From positions 1 through 41,491 of the forward strand of contig CAYZIN010000006.1 of the NCBI GenBank assembly GCA_964478595.1: DNA of 41,491 nt, read 5' to 3'. Source of the DNA: an uncultured Candidatus Saccharibacteria bacterium (GTDB lineage Bacteria > Patescibacteriota > Saccharimonadia > UBA4664 > CAZJNH01). Position 1 is the stretch's first letter, and each line of letters begins with the position of its first letter. The position numbers and the translations under genes were made by a program. Below, one piece after another: positions 28,882 through 39,317 of the stretch. The notes beneath the pieces were generated by a model. That model was not told the DNA's origin and did no database searches. It saw only the letters and a program-made list of their open reading frames with translations.

Positions 28882-30805
28882 TTTGCTCTTCCGGGTTTGG
28901 TTCGGGTTGGGTGTCGGTTGGCTTAGCCTCTGGCTTAGAATCAGCGGCAGGTGCTTCGGGCTGTTGTTCGGGAGCCGTTGTATCCTGTTTCCCTTCCCCT
29001 GTATCCTGCCCCTCATACATGGCGGCGCCAACTTTTTGCATCTTTTCGCTTAAGTCATTTCCAGCCTGCTCCATTTCGTCTTTGTTCTCACCTTCTAGCT
29101 TGGCTTTAGCGTTAGCAATGGCTTCCTCCAAAGCTTTCTTGTCTTCCTCGGCGGCTTTTTCACCGGCATCTTTCAAAGTCTTTTCGGCGGTGTAAACCAA
29201 ATTGTCGAGGTGGTTTTTAACCTCAATCAACTCACGGCGAGTTTTGTCGGCAGCCGCGTTAGCTTCGGCGTCGGCCTGAGCTTTTTTGATATCCTCATCC
29301 TTAAGGTTACCGCTGCCTTGAATTGTAATGTGTTGCTCCTTACTAGTGGCTTTGTCTTTAGCGCTGACATTCAAAATTCCATTAGCGTCGATGTTAAAGG
29401 TTACTTCAACTTGCGGGATGCCGCGCGGCGCGGGCGGAATGCCGTCCAAAATAAACCGGCCAAGTGATTTATTGTCTTTGGCGAACTCACGCTCGCCTTG
29501 CAAAACATGAATCTCCACTTGAGTCTGATTGTCGGCCGCGGTACTAAAAACCTGACTTTTCGAAGTCGGGATAGTAGTGTTGCGTTCGATTAATTTAGTC
29601 ATCACTTCGCCCAATGTCTCAAGTCCAAGGGATAGAGGCGTAACGTCGAGCAGCAAAATATCTTTGACTTCTCCGGCTAAGACTCCACCCTGCACAGCTG
29701 CACCAATCGCCACAACTTCGTCGGGGTTCACGCCTTTGAGCGGTTCCTTGCCGAAAATCTGTTGGACTTTAGCTTGAACCGAAGGCATGCGGGTCATCCC
29801 GCCGACCAGAATCACTTCATTAATATCGGCGGCTTGCAAGCCGGCATCCTTGAGCGCAGCCTGGCACGGTGCGACCGTTTTTTCGATTAACTCTCCGACC
29901 AATTGTTCAAGCTTGGCGCGTGTTAATTTGTAGGTGAAGTGTTTCGGACCAGCTGCGTCGGCTGTTACAAATGGCAGACTGATTTCGGTTTCGGCGGTGC
30001 TGGAAAGTTCGATCTTAGCTTTTTCAGCCGCTTCTTTAAGCCGCTGCATCGCCGCTTTGTCGACGGTAAGGTCGATGCCCTGCTCCTTTTTGAATTCATC
30101 AACTAAAAAGTTAATAACGGCCAGGTCGAAGTCGTCACCACCCAGGTGGGTGTCACCGTTGGTTGATTTAACTTCAAACACGCCTTCACCCAGTTCCAAA
30201 ATCGAAACGTCGAAGGTTCCGCCACCCAAATCGTAGACGGCAATCTTTTCTTCCTTCTTTTTTTCCAAACCGTAGGCGAGTGCCGCAGCGGTTGGCTCGT
30301 TGATGATCCGTTTAACTTCTAGTCCGGCAATTTTACCAGCGTCTTTGGTGGCCTGACGTTGCGCGTCGTTGAAGTAGGCGGGTACCGTAATAACCGCTTC
30401 GGTGACTGGTCCGCCTAGGTAAGCTTCGGCGTCAGCTTTAAGTTTGCCCAAAATCATAGCCGAAACTTCTTCGGGATTGTAGGACTTGTCGCCCATTTTG
30501 ACCGCCACACCTTCGCCAGCTTTTTCGATCTTATATGGCATTAACTTAACGTCGCGCTGAACCTCTTCGTCTTCGAACCGGCGGCCGATCAGCCGCTTAA
30601 TCGAAAATACGGTGTTCTCGGCATTAATCACCGACTGGCGTTTGGCGGTTTGGCCGACCAAACGTTCGCCGTTTTTGTTAACCGCCACAATCGACGGCGT
30701 AGTCCGTCCGCCTTCGCTGTTAGCAATAATCGTCGGCTGACCGCCTTCCATGACCGCCATCGCGGAGTTAGTCGTTCCTAAATCGATTCCAATAATCTTC
30801 CCCAC
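28874..30805 (-). CDS. dnaK: molecular chaperone DnaK
   Basis: [26 protein letters not shown] and NPDEVVA. Confidence 0.99.
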   Translation of the reverse strand: MGKIIGIDLGTTNSAMAVMEGGQPTIIANSEGGRTTPSIVAVNKNGERLVGQTAKRQSVINAENTVFSIKRLIGRRFEDEEVQRDVKLMPYKIEKAGEGVAVKMGDKSYNPEEVSAMILGKLKADAEAYLGGPVTEAVITVPAYFNDAQRQATKDAGKIAGLEVKRIINEPTAAALAYGLEKKKEEKIAVYDLGGGTFDVSILELGEGVFEVKSTNGDTHLGGDDFDLAVINFLVDEFKKEQGIDLTVDKAAMQRLKEAAEKAKIELSSTAETEISLPFVTADAAGPKHFTYKLTRAKLEQLVGELIEKTVAPCQAALKDAGLQAADINEVILVGGMTRMPSVQAKVQQIFGKEPLKGVNPDEVVAIGAAVQGGVLAGEVKDILLLDVTPLSLGLETLGEVMTKLIERNTTIPTSKSQVFSTAADNQTQVEIHVLQGEREFAKDNKSLGRFILDGIPPAPRGIPQVEVTFNIDANGILNVSAKDKATSKEQHITIQGSGNLKDEDIKKAQADAEANAAADKTRRELIEVKNHLDNLVYTAEKTLKDAGEKAAEEDKKALEEAIANAKAKLEGENKDEMEQAGNDLSEKMQKVGAAMYEGQDTGEGKQDTTAPEQQPEAPAADSKPEAKPTDTQPEPNPEEQND

Positions 30806-30862
30806 CTCAAAGTTCTCCTTTCATCCGATTACATCGAGCAAGTCGAGATATAATTTTTCCCA

Positions 30863-31066
30863 TTATTTTCCTTCCTTCTTTGACTTTTCCACGCTGTTCT
30901 CTACGGAACCTATTCGTTTTGACAGCCTAATAACTTGATCGTCAATTCTCTTATCAATCTCAGCAATACGCTTGTTTAAGAAACTTATTGATTCGTTTTC
31001 CGCGCGCCTAAATCGCCAGTAATCAAGTACCAGTAAAATTAGTACGATTGTTATAATCCAAATCAT
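30863..31066 (-). CDS. small TM plus coiled-coil hypothetical protein (67 aa)
   Basis: ATGA overlap with grpE; [16 protein letters not shown] followed by a heptad-like region. Confidence 0.65.
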   Translation of the reverse strand: MIWIITIVLILLVLDYWRFRRAENESISFLNKRIAEIDKRIDDQVIRLSKRIGSVENSVEKSKKEGK

Positions 31067-31575
31067 TTGAACTTCTCCTCATTAGTTTGCATAGCTCTTT
31101 GAATGTCGGCTGGATGTGTGAACCCTTCTTCGTATTTGTACTTTTGTGCGGCCTCTCCGACCTGAACTTTTGCCGGACGGATAACTTTCCCACCCAGGCG
31201 ATATCCATCTTCGAAAACTTTAATAACTTGATCACTCCAGCCAAGTTGAGATACTGCATCATGCTTCTCGGGGTCAAAAGGATGCCAGAGGCTTTCAAAT
31301 TTTTCTACGCCTAGCGACTTGAAGATAGATTCTGCTTGTTTTGCAATTTGTCGCACACCCTTCGCCCACTCATTGTTTTCTAACTCGGGCGGTAGATGAT
31401 CAACCGCTCGGGCTAGGTTATCAAGGATAGGAAAAATTTCGCGGGTGATTTCAGATTTGGCGATGTCGATGAATGCGCTTCTGTCAGCTTCACTGCGGCG
31501 GCGGAAGTTGTCGAACTCGGCCTGAAGCCTTTGCAAATGCTCGGTTAATTCTTTGGTCGTAACTTTTTTAGACAT
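31063..31575 (-). CDS. grpE: nucleotide exchange factor GrpE
   Basis: [21 protein letters not shown] and GYRL...VIRPAKVQV; about 25-aa C-terminal extension. Confidence 0.95.
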   Translation of the reverse strand: MSKKVTTKELTEHLQRLQAEFDNFRRRSEADRSAFIDIAKSEITREIFPILDNLARAVDHLPPELENNEWAKGVRQIAKQAESIFKSLGVEKFESLWHPFDPEKHDAVSQLGWSDQVIKVFEDGYRLGGKVIRPAKVQVGEAAQKYKYEEGFTHPADIQRAMQTNEEKFK

Positions 31576-32266
31576 TGATAGTTTCCTCCAACAGCCGGCC
31601 GGCGTAATCCACCAAACTCATCACCCGCGGATAGTCTTGCCGCGTTGGGCCGATCAAACCAATGTAGCTCGACTCGCTAAAAGGTGAAGCAAAGCGGGTA
31701 ATCACAGCGCTGGTGTTGCTTGAGCGGCCGATCGGATTCTCGTCGCCAATAAAAACTTGCAGTCGATCGCCGGGGCCCATCGCCGCCCTCGCCCAATCCT
31801 CAAGTTCGTCAATGAGCATCATCGCACCGAGAGCCTCGCCATGACCAAAAAACTCGGGATGATTTAAAAAGTTAGCAAAACCGAACTTGTACAAACCGCT
31901 CGGCAAAGTGGCGATGGCCAAGTTACCGGTTCGACGGGCCAGCATTTCGGCAGTTTGCTTCACGGCCTCATCCGCTCGTTCCACGTCATTAACTCGGCGG
32001 CGCATGGCTGCGACATCACGAGAGTTCGGGGAGGTACCGGCCAGATTATTGATGTACTCGCGGTATCCTTTGTCGGTCGGAACCCGGCCTGCCGAGGTGT
32101 GCGGTTGGTGAATTAAGCCCAGATGTTCTAACTCGGCCATTTCAGATCGAATCGTGGCGGGCGAGAAGCCGAAAACTTTAGCAATTGCCAGCGAACCGAC
32201 CGGCTCGGCGGTTTGGGCGTAGGTTTCGGCGATAACTTTTAGTAATTGAATCTGTCTTTCAGTCAT
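31568..32266 (-). CDS. hrcA: heat-inducible transcription repressor HrcA (short form)
   Basis: [34 protein letters not shown] and IGPTR.DY. Start set at ATG 32266. Confidence 0.95.
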   Translation of the reverse strand: MTERQIQLLKVIAETYAQTAEPVGSLAIAKVFGFSPATIRSEMAELEHLGLIHQPHTSAGRVPTDKGYREYINNLAGTSPNSRDVAAMRRRVNDVERADEAVKQTAEMLARRTGNLAIATLPSGLYKFGFANFLNHPEFFGHGEALGAMMLIDELEDWARAAMGPGDRLQVFIGDENPIGRSSNTSAVITRFASPFSESSYIGLIGPTRQDYPRVMSLVDYAGRLLEETINV

Positions 32267-32268
32267 TT

Positions 32269-32295
32269 TTGGCACTCAAATAGTCTAAGTGCTAC
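32269..32295. promoter_or_regulatory. CIRCE operator (proximal, imperfect)
   Basis: TTGGCACTC-N9-AAGTGCTAC against the consensus TTAGCACTC-N9-GAGTGCTAA. Confidence 0.8.
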
Positions 32296-32297
32296 TA

Positions 32298-32325
32298 ATT
32301 ATAAACTCTGGCACTCTCCAGTCAA
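32298..32325 (-). promoter_or_regulatory. sigma70 promoter of the hrcA operon
   Basis: TTGACT-N16-TATAAT, overlapped by the distal CIRCE. Confidence 0.75.
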
Positions 32326-32334
32326 GAGTGCCAA
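32308..32334. promoter_or_regulatory. CIRCE operator (distal)
   Basis: CTGGCACTC-N9-GAGTGCCAA. Confidence 0.88.
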
Positions 32335-32403
32335 CTACTGGTTTACATAGGATTTTCGGAGTGATATGATTGCGCGCATTCGTTCGAACGAAAGGAAAAA
32401 TTC

Positions 32404-33009
32404 GTGGACGACGCAACTAGAACCAGAAACCAACAAACCGGCGTTCAACTGACGCGAGAAGGCCACTACGGCGAAGCCTTAATGCATTTCGACGCTGCTC
32501 TTGATGGTGCCGAGGGGGTGCTACGGGCTAACATCCTACGCGACTTGGCGGATGTCGAGCGACGATCGCCTGCCTACGGAGGAATCGATCAAGCCAGCCA
32601 ACACCTCGATGAGTCGTTGGCTTTACTCGGGCACACCGACCCTGTCGCCGTCGCAGCCACACTGCATTTCAAAGCGAGGTTGCTTAGGCAGCTCAGGAGG
32701 TACGACGAGGCGCTGATGCGCATCGACGAGGCTGGCGAACTCACAACGTTCTTTGGGATGGGAGGCGGCGCCGGTGAGATTCTGTTCATTTCGCTCGACG
32801 GCTCGGCCATCCTCAGTTTGGCTGGCCATTCGAAGCGTGGTCGCAGGGAGGCGAAGGATGCAATCAGGTGCGCAAAGATGTTGGTCGATATCGGGAATCC
32901 AGAAGTATCGAATGCCCACGTTATGCGAGCGCGCGTCCTCTACCTGTTCTCTTTCTGGCCAACCTGCCCAATCCCAATAATCCGAAGAGCATTCTTCGGC
33001 AGAACATAA
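32404..33009 (+). CDS. TPR-like helical-repeat hypothetical protein
   Basis: G.Y.EAL.HFDAAL and RYDEAL..IDEA TPR-like helices; AAGGA RBS and GTG start; visibly GC-richer than the flanks. Confidence 0.7.
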   Translation: MDDATRTRNQQTGVQLTREGHYGEALMHFDAALDGAEGVLRANILRDLADVERRSPAYGGIDQASQHLDESLALLGHTDPVAVAATLHFKARLLRQLRRYDEALMRIDEAGELTTFFGMGGGAGEILFISLDGSAILSLAGHSKRGRREAKDAIRCAKMLVDIGNPEVSNAHVMRARVLYLFSFWPTCPIPIIRRAFFGRT

Positions 33010-33047
33010 AGCCCCGGCGACGATTTCAGTCTCTGGGGTCGTCGCTT

Positions 33048-34829
33048 TTAATCGGACTTAACTAGGACCATAAAGGCTTCGGGTGGAATGTCGACTGAGC
33101 CGATTTTTTTCATCTTGGCTTTGCCTTTTTTCTGCTTTTCCAGCAGCTTGTTCTTGCGAGTAACATCGCCGCCGTAGAGTTTGGCGGTCACATTTTTGCC
33201 GACGGCCTTAACATCCTCACGAGCGATGATTTTTGATCCGATTGCCGCCTGCAGAGTCACTTCGAATTGCTGGCGGGGAATAAGATCTTTGAGTTTTTCT
33301 AAAATTTTTCTCCCCTGCTGCATCGTTTCACTGCGATGAACGATTTGTGAGAGTGAATCAACAATCTTGCCGGCAACTAAAATGTCTAACTTCTGTAAAT
33401 CTTCTGTGCGGTAGCCGGAGAGCTCATAATTATAAGAACCATAACCGCTAGTCACACTTTTGAGCCGATCGTAAAAATCGGTCAGCACGCGAGCCACCGG
33501 TGCCTCGAAAGTTAAAAGCGCCAGATCTTCGTTTAGGTATTCGGTGTCGGCTTGTATGCCACGGACGTCGTTGATGAGCTGGATAACGTTACCGACATAC
33601 TTAGTTGGCACAACGATTTCGCCAATTACCCAGGGTTCACGAATCTCGGCTACCCGGCTGGCATCTGGCAATTCCGAAGCCGCTCTGATTGTTTGAATAG
33701 TTTTATCGGTCAAAACTATCTCGTAATCGGTCGATGGGCTGGTGACGACTAAGTCGGCCCCGTACTCTCGCTCCAGCCGTTCTTTGATGATGTCCAAATG
33801 CAGGAGGCCCAAGAATCCCAGTCGAAATCCGTGACCCAGAATTTGCGAGTTCTCTGGCTCATAAATTAACGAGGAGTCGCTGAGCTTAAGCTTCTCCAGC
33901 GAGTCCTTGAGGCTTTGAAATTGATCGGCTGAAGCTGGAAAAAAACCGGCGAACACAAAAGGATGAATTTCACGATAACCAGGCAGCGGGGAACTGGCCG
34001 GATGATCAACAGAAGTTAAGGTGTCCCCCACCCTCCCCTCTTCGGCGGATTTTAGGTTGGTTACGATGTAGCCAATATCACCGGCGCTCAAACTCTTTCC
34101 TTTAGTTTGATCCGGTTTGAAAATGCCAACTTCGTTGGCCAAAACTTCCCGATCGCCAGCCATCAGTTTTAGCTCGCTCCCCTGCTGGACAGAGCCGTCG
34201 ACGATTCTGACAAACAAAGTCACGCCGCGATACTCGTCGTATTTGGAATCAAAAATTAATGCCCGAGTTGGTGCGTCCGGCTGCCCGGACGGAGTCGGGA
34301 TTTTGTTAACCGCTTGCTCAAGCAACTTTTCTACCCCCACCCCCGTCTTACCGGAAATCTTAATCACTTCGTCTGGACCGCAGCCGACCAATTTAGCAAG
34401 TTCAGCCGCTCGTTTGTCTGGTTCAGCAGCCGGTAAATCGATCTTGTTGACGGCAGGGATAAGGACTAAACCGGCGGCTTGAGCTAAATGAATGTTGGCC
34501 AGAGTCTGGGCCTGCACGCCTTGAGTAGCGTCGACCAAAACGATGGCTCCTTCACACGCTGCCAACGATCGTGACACTTCATAACTAAAGTCCACGTGCC
34601 CAGGTGTGTCGATTAAATTCAAAACGTAATCTTTCCACTTCATCGTGACCGGCTGGAGTTTAATGGTAATTCCCCGCTCTCTTTCTAGATCCATGGTATC
34701 GAGCATTTGCGCCTTCATATTGCGTTTTTCAACGGTGCCGGTCAGCTCCAATAAGCGATCGGCCAAAGTCGATTTACCGTGATCGATGTGAGCGATAATA
34801 CAAAGGTTACGAATTGTGTCTTGATTCAT
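33048..34829 (-). CDS. lepA: elongation factor 4
   Basis: IAHIDHGKST, DTPGHVDF, GFLGLLH and KLYGGDVTRK.KLLEKQK. Confidence 0.98.
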   Translation of the reverse strand: MNQDTIRNLCIIAHIDHGKSTLADRLLELTGTVEKRNMKAQMLDTMDLERERGITIKLQPVTMKWKDYVLNLIDTPGHVDFSYEVSRSLAACEGAIVLVDATQGVQAQTLANIHLAQAAGLVLIPAVNKIDLPAAEPDKRAAELAKLVGCGPDEVIKISGKTGVGVEKLLEQAVNKIPTPSGQPDAPTRALIFDSKYDEYRGVTLFVRIVDGSVQQGSELKLMAGDREVLANEVGIFKPDQTKGKSLSAGDIGYIVTNLKSAEEGRVGDTLTSVDHPASSPLPGYREIHPFVFAGFFPASADQFQSLKDSLEKLKLSDSSLIYEPENSQILGHGFRLGFLGLLHLDIIKERLEREYGADLVVTSPSTDYEIVLTDKTIQTIRAASELPDASRVAEIREPWVIGEIVVPTKYVGNVIQLINDVRGIQADTEYLNEDLALLTFEAPVARVLTDFYDRLKSVTSGYGSYNYELSGYRTEDLQKLDILVAGKIVDSLSQIVHRSETMQQGRKILEKLKDLIPRQQFEVTLQAAIGSKIIAREDVKAVGKNVTAKLYGGDVTRKNKLLEKQKKGKAKMKKIGSVDIPPEAFMVLVKSD

Positions 34830-36403
34830 CGCAGCTCAAGCGGGCGCATGGCTACCTGTCTAATCCGCTCAATAAACTTGCGGGCCTCGTGCAAATCTAG
34901 CGCATAGGCTGGCAGTAAATAAGCCGCAGCGCCAGCCACAATAATTACCAGGAACTTCGGGGCGATAGTGGAAAAACCAATATCGTGAGCATACAGCGGG
35001 AAAAAGCGAGCAACGGCAATATACAAAACGCTGCCCATAATTAAATTAGCAATCATCATTCGGCCAGCCGCCGAGGCAATGCTGTTTTGGCCGGCGTTAC
35101 CCAACCGCCGCGTCAAAATTCCCATCAGAACCAAAGTTTCACCGGCCGCCGCGATCGATTGCGCCATTGCTAAACCAACTACGCCGAAGTGCCGAGCTAG
35201 CACAATACTTAAAACGATATTGGCGCCAATGGCGAAAATACTCGTGACCATCGGCGTTTTCGTATCCTGCAAAGCGTAAAACATCCGGCAAACCAAAAAG
35301 AAGAAACTTTGAAAAACAATCACTCCGGCAAACCAACCTAAGGTTGCCGCAGTAGTTGGATCGCCAAAACCAAATAGTAGCCGCACGATATAACCGCGCA
35401 AAACAATCGCCGCCGTTCCGGCCGGAATGACCAAAAATAAAATTAAGCGGCTATTGTAAACGAAGTCTTCGATCAGCTTATTGCGCTCTGCATCGGTGGC
35501 CCGACTGGCCATTCGGGGAAAAGCGGCAGTAGCAATGGCGTTGCCGAAAATTGCCAACGGTACATTCTTTAAGTTGTTGGCGTAGTAGTAGGCGGTTAAC
35601 GATCCTTTAGCTAACCCAGAGCCAACCATCGTTTGGACGGTATAGTTTAGCTGGTCGATGCCCTGGTCGATCGAACGCGGCACCATCAGTTTAACGACCC
35701 GGCGAACGTCTTTTCTTTGGAAGTGCAGACTCGGACGATACTTATAGCCCAATCCGGCCAGTCCAACCAACTGAACAACTCCCTGCAAAGCCGCCCCAAT
35801 TACTACTCCCCAAGCCACACCGTAAATCGAGTGATTGTGAGAAAGCGCGACGATGCCGAAAATAATTCCGAGGTTATAAAACACACCTGCAAGCGCGTAA
35901 AACAAAAAGCGGTTGTAGGCTTGCTGAATGCTTCCCCAAACACTCGAAACGGCAAACAAAGTGGGAGTAATTAGCATAATACGAGTTAAGTTGACGGTAA
36001 TTGCGTGGCGGACTGGGTCGAAGCCGGGGGTTATTAAGGTGGTAATTGGCCCGGCAAAAATAAAAGCGATGATAGCAATTACTATCGTTGCCAAAACCAG
36101 AAGGTTGATCATCGCACCAGAAAATTGCCAAACCTCTTCTTGCTCATCTTTAGCAAGGTGCGTCGATAAAACCGGGATGAAAGCCACCGCGAAGGCTCCC
36201 GAAACCAGCAAGGTAAACATCAACTCCGGTAACCGGAAAGCTGCGGTGTAGGCATCGGTCAGCGGCCCAATACCGAAATGAGCCGCCAGCAAACGGTCGC
36301 GCAACAAGCCCAGCAATCGGCTGGCAAAATACGAACCTGAAATTAAAAAGGCCGCGGCTCCTAAGCTGTTACGGCGATTTAACCTATCGAAAAGCTTTTT
36401 CAT
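34826..36403 (-). CDS. murJ: lipid II flippase MurJ (MviN)
   Basis: SRLLGLLRD, DAY.AAFRLP, AFIP and FYALQDTKTP. Confidence 0.95.
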   Translation of the reverse strand: MKKLFDRLNRRNSLGAAAFLISGSYFASRLLGLLRDRLLAAHFGIGPLTDAYTAAFRLPELMFTLLVSGAFAVAFIPVLSTHLAKDEQEEVWQFSGAMINLLVLATIVIAIIAFIFAGPITTLITPGFDPVRHAITVNLTRIMLITPTLFAVSSVWGSIQQAYNRFLFYALAGVFYNLGIIFGIVALSHNHSIYGVAWGVVIGAALQGVVQLVGLAGLGYKYRPSLHFQRKDVRRVVKLMVPRSIDQGIDQLNYTVQTMVGSGLAKGSLTAYYYANNLKNVPLAIFGNAIATAAFPRMASRATDAERNKLIEDFVYNSRLILFLVIPAGTAAIVLRGYIVRLLFGFGDPTTAATLGWFAGVIVFQSFFFLVCRMFYALQDTKTPMVTSIFAIGANIVLSIVLARHFGVVGLAMAQSIAAAGETLVLMGILTRRLGNAGQNSIASAAGRMMIANLIMGSVLYIAVARFFPLYAHDIGFSTIAPKFLVIIVAGAAAYLLPAYALDLHEARKFIERIRQVAMRPLELR

Positions 36404-36425
36404 TCGACTCTATTGTATCCGAGCC

Positions 36426-38327
36426 TTACGACGCCGCCGGTTTTTGATTCAACTTACCTTCGGCTTTGCCGGTTTTTGATTCGTCAGCCGTGTGCTCACC
36501 GACCGTCTGCGTTGGAGACGGGTGCTTTGGGCCGCCCATTAATTCGGAGAACTCGGGTCCGTCAATTGTCTCTTCCTTCATTAACCGATCGGCAATTTCT
36601 TTGACTTTAGACTTGTGAGTCGTGATAACTTTTTCGGCGCGGTTGGTGGCTTCGTCGATCAAGCCAGCTACTTCTTCGTCGATTAGCTGAGCTACGTCTT
36701 CGGAGTAATTTTTCATCTCATTAAAATCCCGACCCAAAAAGATCATGTCTTGCTGCGAGCCAAATACGCGGTTTTTGAGTTTTTTATTGGCGCTCATGCC
36801 ATAATCCATCACCATGCGGCGAGCTAGGCTGGTAGCATTTTGTAAGTCGTTGCTGGCCCCGGTGGTAATTTCGTTGAAGAAAATTTTCTCGGCCATTCGA
36901 CCGCCCATCATCATGGCAAGATCGTCTTTAAAGTCGGCGACTGAGTGCATGTGTTTATCCTCAGCCGGTAAACTCCAGGTAAAACCGCCGGCGTTCCCCC
37001 TGGATACAATCGAAACTTTGTGAACTTCGTGGCAGTTGGGAAGGATATGAGACACAATGGCATGCCCGGCCTCGTGGTAGGCGGTAATTTCTTTTTCTTT
37101 GGCGTTTAGGATGTGGCTTTTGCGTTCAGGACCAAGCAAAACCTTCTCTACAGAGTGGTGCAAATCTTGCTGAGTGACTTTCTTGCGGTTAAGGCGAGCC
37201 GCCAAAATGGCTGCTTCGTTGGTTAAGTTGGCTAAATCGGCACCGGAAAAACCAGGCGTTTTCTTGGCGATTTCATGGAGGTCGACTTCGGGAGCCAGTG
37301 GTTTGCCTTTAGCGTGAACCTCCAAAATTTCCTGGCGGCTTTTTAAGTCTGGGGCATCTAAGGTTACGCGGCGATCAAACCGACCCGGTCGGAGTAGGGC
37401 CGGGTCCAAAACGTCGGGGCGGTTAGTCGCGGCCATGACGATCACATTCGTCCCCTGCTCGAAGCCATCCATTTCGGTCAAAATCTGGTTAAGTGTTTGT
37501 TCGCGTTCGTCGTGACCACCACCCATACCAGTGCCGCGTTGGCGGCCGACGGCGTCGATTTCGTCGATGAAAATAATGCAGGGCGAGTTTTTCTTGGCTT
37601 TCATAAACAGATCGCGAACACGAGAGGCGCCAACTCCTACGAACATTTCGACAAACTCAGAACCGGAAATGGAGAAAAATGGCACACCGGCTTCACCGGC
37701 GACAGCCCTAGCCAGCAAAGTTTTACCGGTGCCTGGAGGCCCAAACAGTAAAACGCCTTTGGGGATTTTAGCGCCTAAGGCTTCGAACTTGGCGGGGTAT
37801 TTCAAAAACTCAACGATTTCGGTCAGCTCTTGTTTAGCCTCTTCAGCGCCGGCTACATCGGAAAAAGTAACTTTTTTCTTGTCGCCGCCAAACAACCTTG
37901 CGCGGCTTTTGCCAAAACTCATGGCTTGGTTGGAGCTGCCCTGAGCTTGGCGCATCATGAAGTAGAAAAAGCCGATGATCAACAGAATCGGGCCGATCGT
38001 TAAAATAATGTCTAGGAGCCGGCCGGAACCGGAGTCGGGATTTTTGGTGTCGATGGTGACTTTGCGTAAATCGATGCCATAGTCAGAAAGCTTCGCTGAA
38101 TCTTCCTTAAAGGCCGATTGCTTGGGAGCATTTTGGTCTTTAAGCGTCACAACAAGATGGCTGCCGGTCAGGTCAATATGATCGATTTTGCCAGAATTTG
38201 CTTCTTGGGCCACTTTAGACAGCGGGACATCTTCGGTTTTGGTTTGCGAACCGGACAAAACGAACAGCACCGCCAAGACCAAAAGTCCAGCGACCAAAAA
38301 GATAAATTGTTTTTTGGGCAACTTCAT
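36426..38327 (-). CDS. ftsH: ATP-dependent zinc metalloprotease FtsH
   Basis: Two [25 protein letters not shown] and HEAGH. Confidence 0.98.
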   Translation of the reverse strand: MKLPKKQFIFLVAGLLVLAVLFVLSGSQTKTEDVPLSKVAQEANSGKIDHIDLTGSHLVVTLKDQNAPKQSAFKEDSAKLSDYGIDLRKVTIDTKNPDSGSGRLLDIILTIGPILLIIGFFYFMMRQAQGSSNQAMSFGKSRARLFGGDKKKVTFSDVAGAEEAKQELTEIVEFLKYPAKFEALGAKIPKGVLLFGPPGTGKTLLARAVAGEAGVPFFSISGSEFVEMFVGVGASRVRDLFMKAKKNSPCIIFIDEIDAVGRQRGTGMGGGHDEREQTLNQILTEMDGFEQGTNVIVMAATNRPDVLDPALLRPGRFDRRVTLDAPDLKSRQEILEVHAKGKPLAPEVDLHEIAKKTPGFSGADLANLTNEAAILAARLNRKKVTQQDLHHSVEKVLLGPERKSHILNAKEKEITAYHEAGHAIVSHILPNCHEVHKVSIVSRGNAGGFTWSLPAEDKHMHSVADFKDDLAMMMGGRMAEKIFFNEITTGASNDLQNATSLARRMVMDYGMSANKKLKNRVFGSQQDMIFLGRDFNEMKNYSEDVAQLIDEEVAGLIDEATNRAEKVITTHKSKVKEIADRLMKEETIDGPEFSELMGGPKHPSPTQTVGEHTADESKTGKAEGKLNQKPAAS

Positions 38328-38333
38328 TTCAGG

Positions 38334-39236
38334 TTAGAAATCCCTTCGCACAGGCGGTAAAACAACTGCCACTGTACCACGCTCGACTTCGAGTGACAAC
38401 CGTCCGCCAACGTCCCGCTTAATGCCAGCCCGGCTGGTTTTAGCCGCATGGGCTAGCTCCTTCAAATGCTTTTTGTCTAGTTGCAGCCCTGGCTCTAGAT
38501 TCCTTATCGCAGTTGCAATCAGTTCACTGATTGTCTCTAGCGACTGCCGCTGCAAAAAAGCCCGATCAAAAACTATCTTTTGGCCATTGCGGTTTTTTTC
38601 CACCATCCGGTCCATCTCTTGCTCAATCCGCTGGTTTACTTCAGATAATCGCGACATTAGGGCAGCTAATTTGGGGGTAGCGTGATCGGAAGGTAACAAC
38701 TCCCGACGCAAAAAATTCCGAGCGATTTCGGTGTCGGAATTGGTCGAATCTTCTCGCCAAGCTAAACCGGCCGAACGAACGTATCCCTCGAGATCTAATT
38801 TACTTAGTTGGAGCAAAGGACGATAATGGCCGGCTCGCTCAAAGTCGGGAGCACGTCCGCGTCTGGCGGTGCCCCGAGCGACGTTGAGCAAACTGGTTTC
38901 GAGTAAATCGTCGCCGTGATGAGCGGTAACCACCCCGGCAGCACCAGTTTGAGCCATGACCGAATACAAAAAATCGTAGCGTTGTTGCCTAGCGTCACCT
39001 TCACTAGTTGGCGGCTCTTGCGCCCGACCGATTACTACGGGCATAGAATAAATTTTGGCCAGTGAATCGACGAGTGCGGCATCTTCAGCAGAATCATCAC
39101 GCATCTGGTGGTCAAAATGCGCCACCGTTAGCTCAAGTTCCGGCCTTTTGGCTAGTAGATCAAGCAAAGCGACCGAGTCGCTGCCGCCCGATACGGCTAC
39201 CACATATTTACCCGGTGGCGGATAGTTAATGTTCAT
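38334..39236 (-). CDS. tilS: tRNA(Ile)-lysidine synthase
   Basis: PP-loop AVSGGSDS, AHFDH, TAHHGDD.LET, RPLL and EDSTN...RN; upstream of ftsH. Confidence 0.95.
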   Translation of the reverse strand: MNINYPPPGKYVVAVSGGSDSVALLDLLAKRPELELTVAHFDHQMRDDSAEDAALVDSLAKIYSMPVVIGRAQEPPTSEGDARQQRYDFLYSVMAQTGAAGVVTAHHGDDLLETSLLNVARGTARRGRAPDFERAGHYRPLLQLSKLDLEGYVRSAGLAWREDSTNSDTEIARNFLRRELLPSDHATPKLAALMSRLSEVNQRIEQEMDRMVEKNRNGQKIVFDRAFLQRQSLETISELIATAIRNLEPGLQLDKKHLKELAHAAKTSRAGIKRDVGGRLSLEVERGTVAVVLPPVRRDF

Positions 39237-39260
39237 TAATTAAATTCTACCTTAAAGGAA

Positions 39261-39292
39261 GGAGCCCGCCGACTGTTACGTCGACGGGCTCC
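39261..39292 (-). terminator. GC-rich hairpin downstream of the 168-aa ORF
   Basis: GGAGCCCGTCGAC-gtaaca-GTCGGCGGGCTCC followed by TTCCTTT on the minus strand. Confidence 0.55.
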
Positions 39293-39317
39293 GGGGGAAG
39301 GGTGAGGTAGCGAAAAC

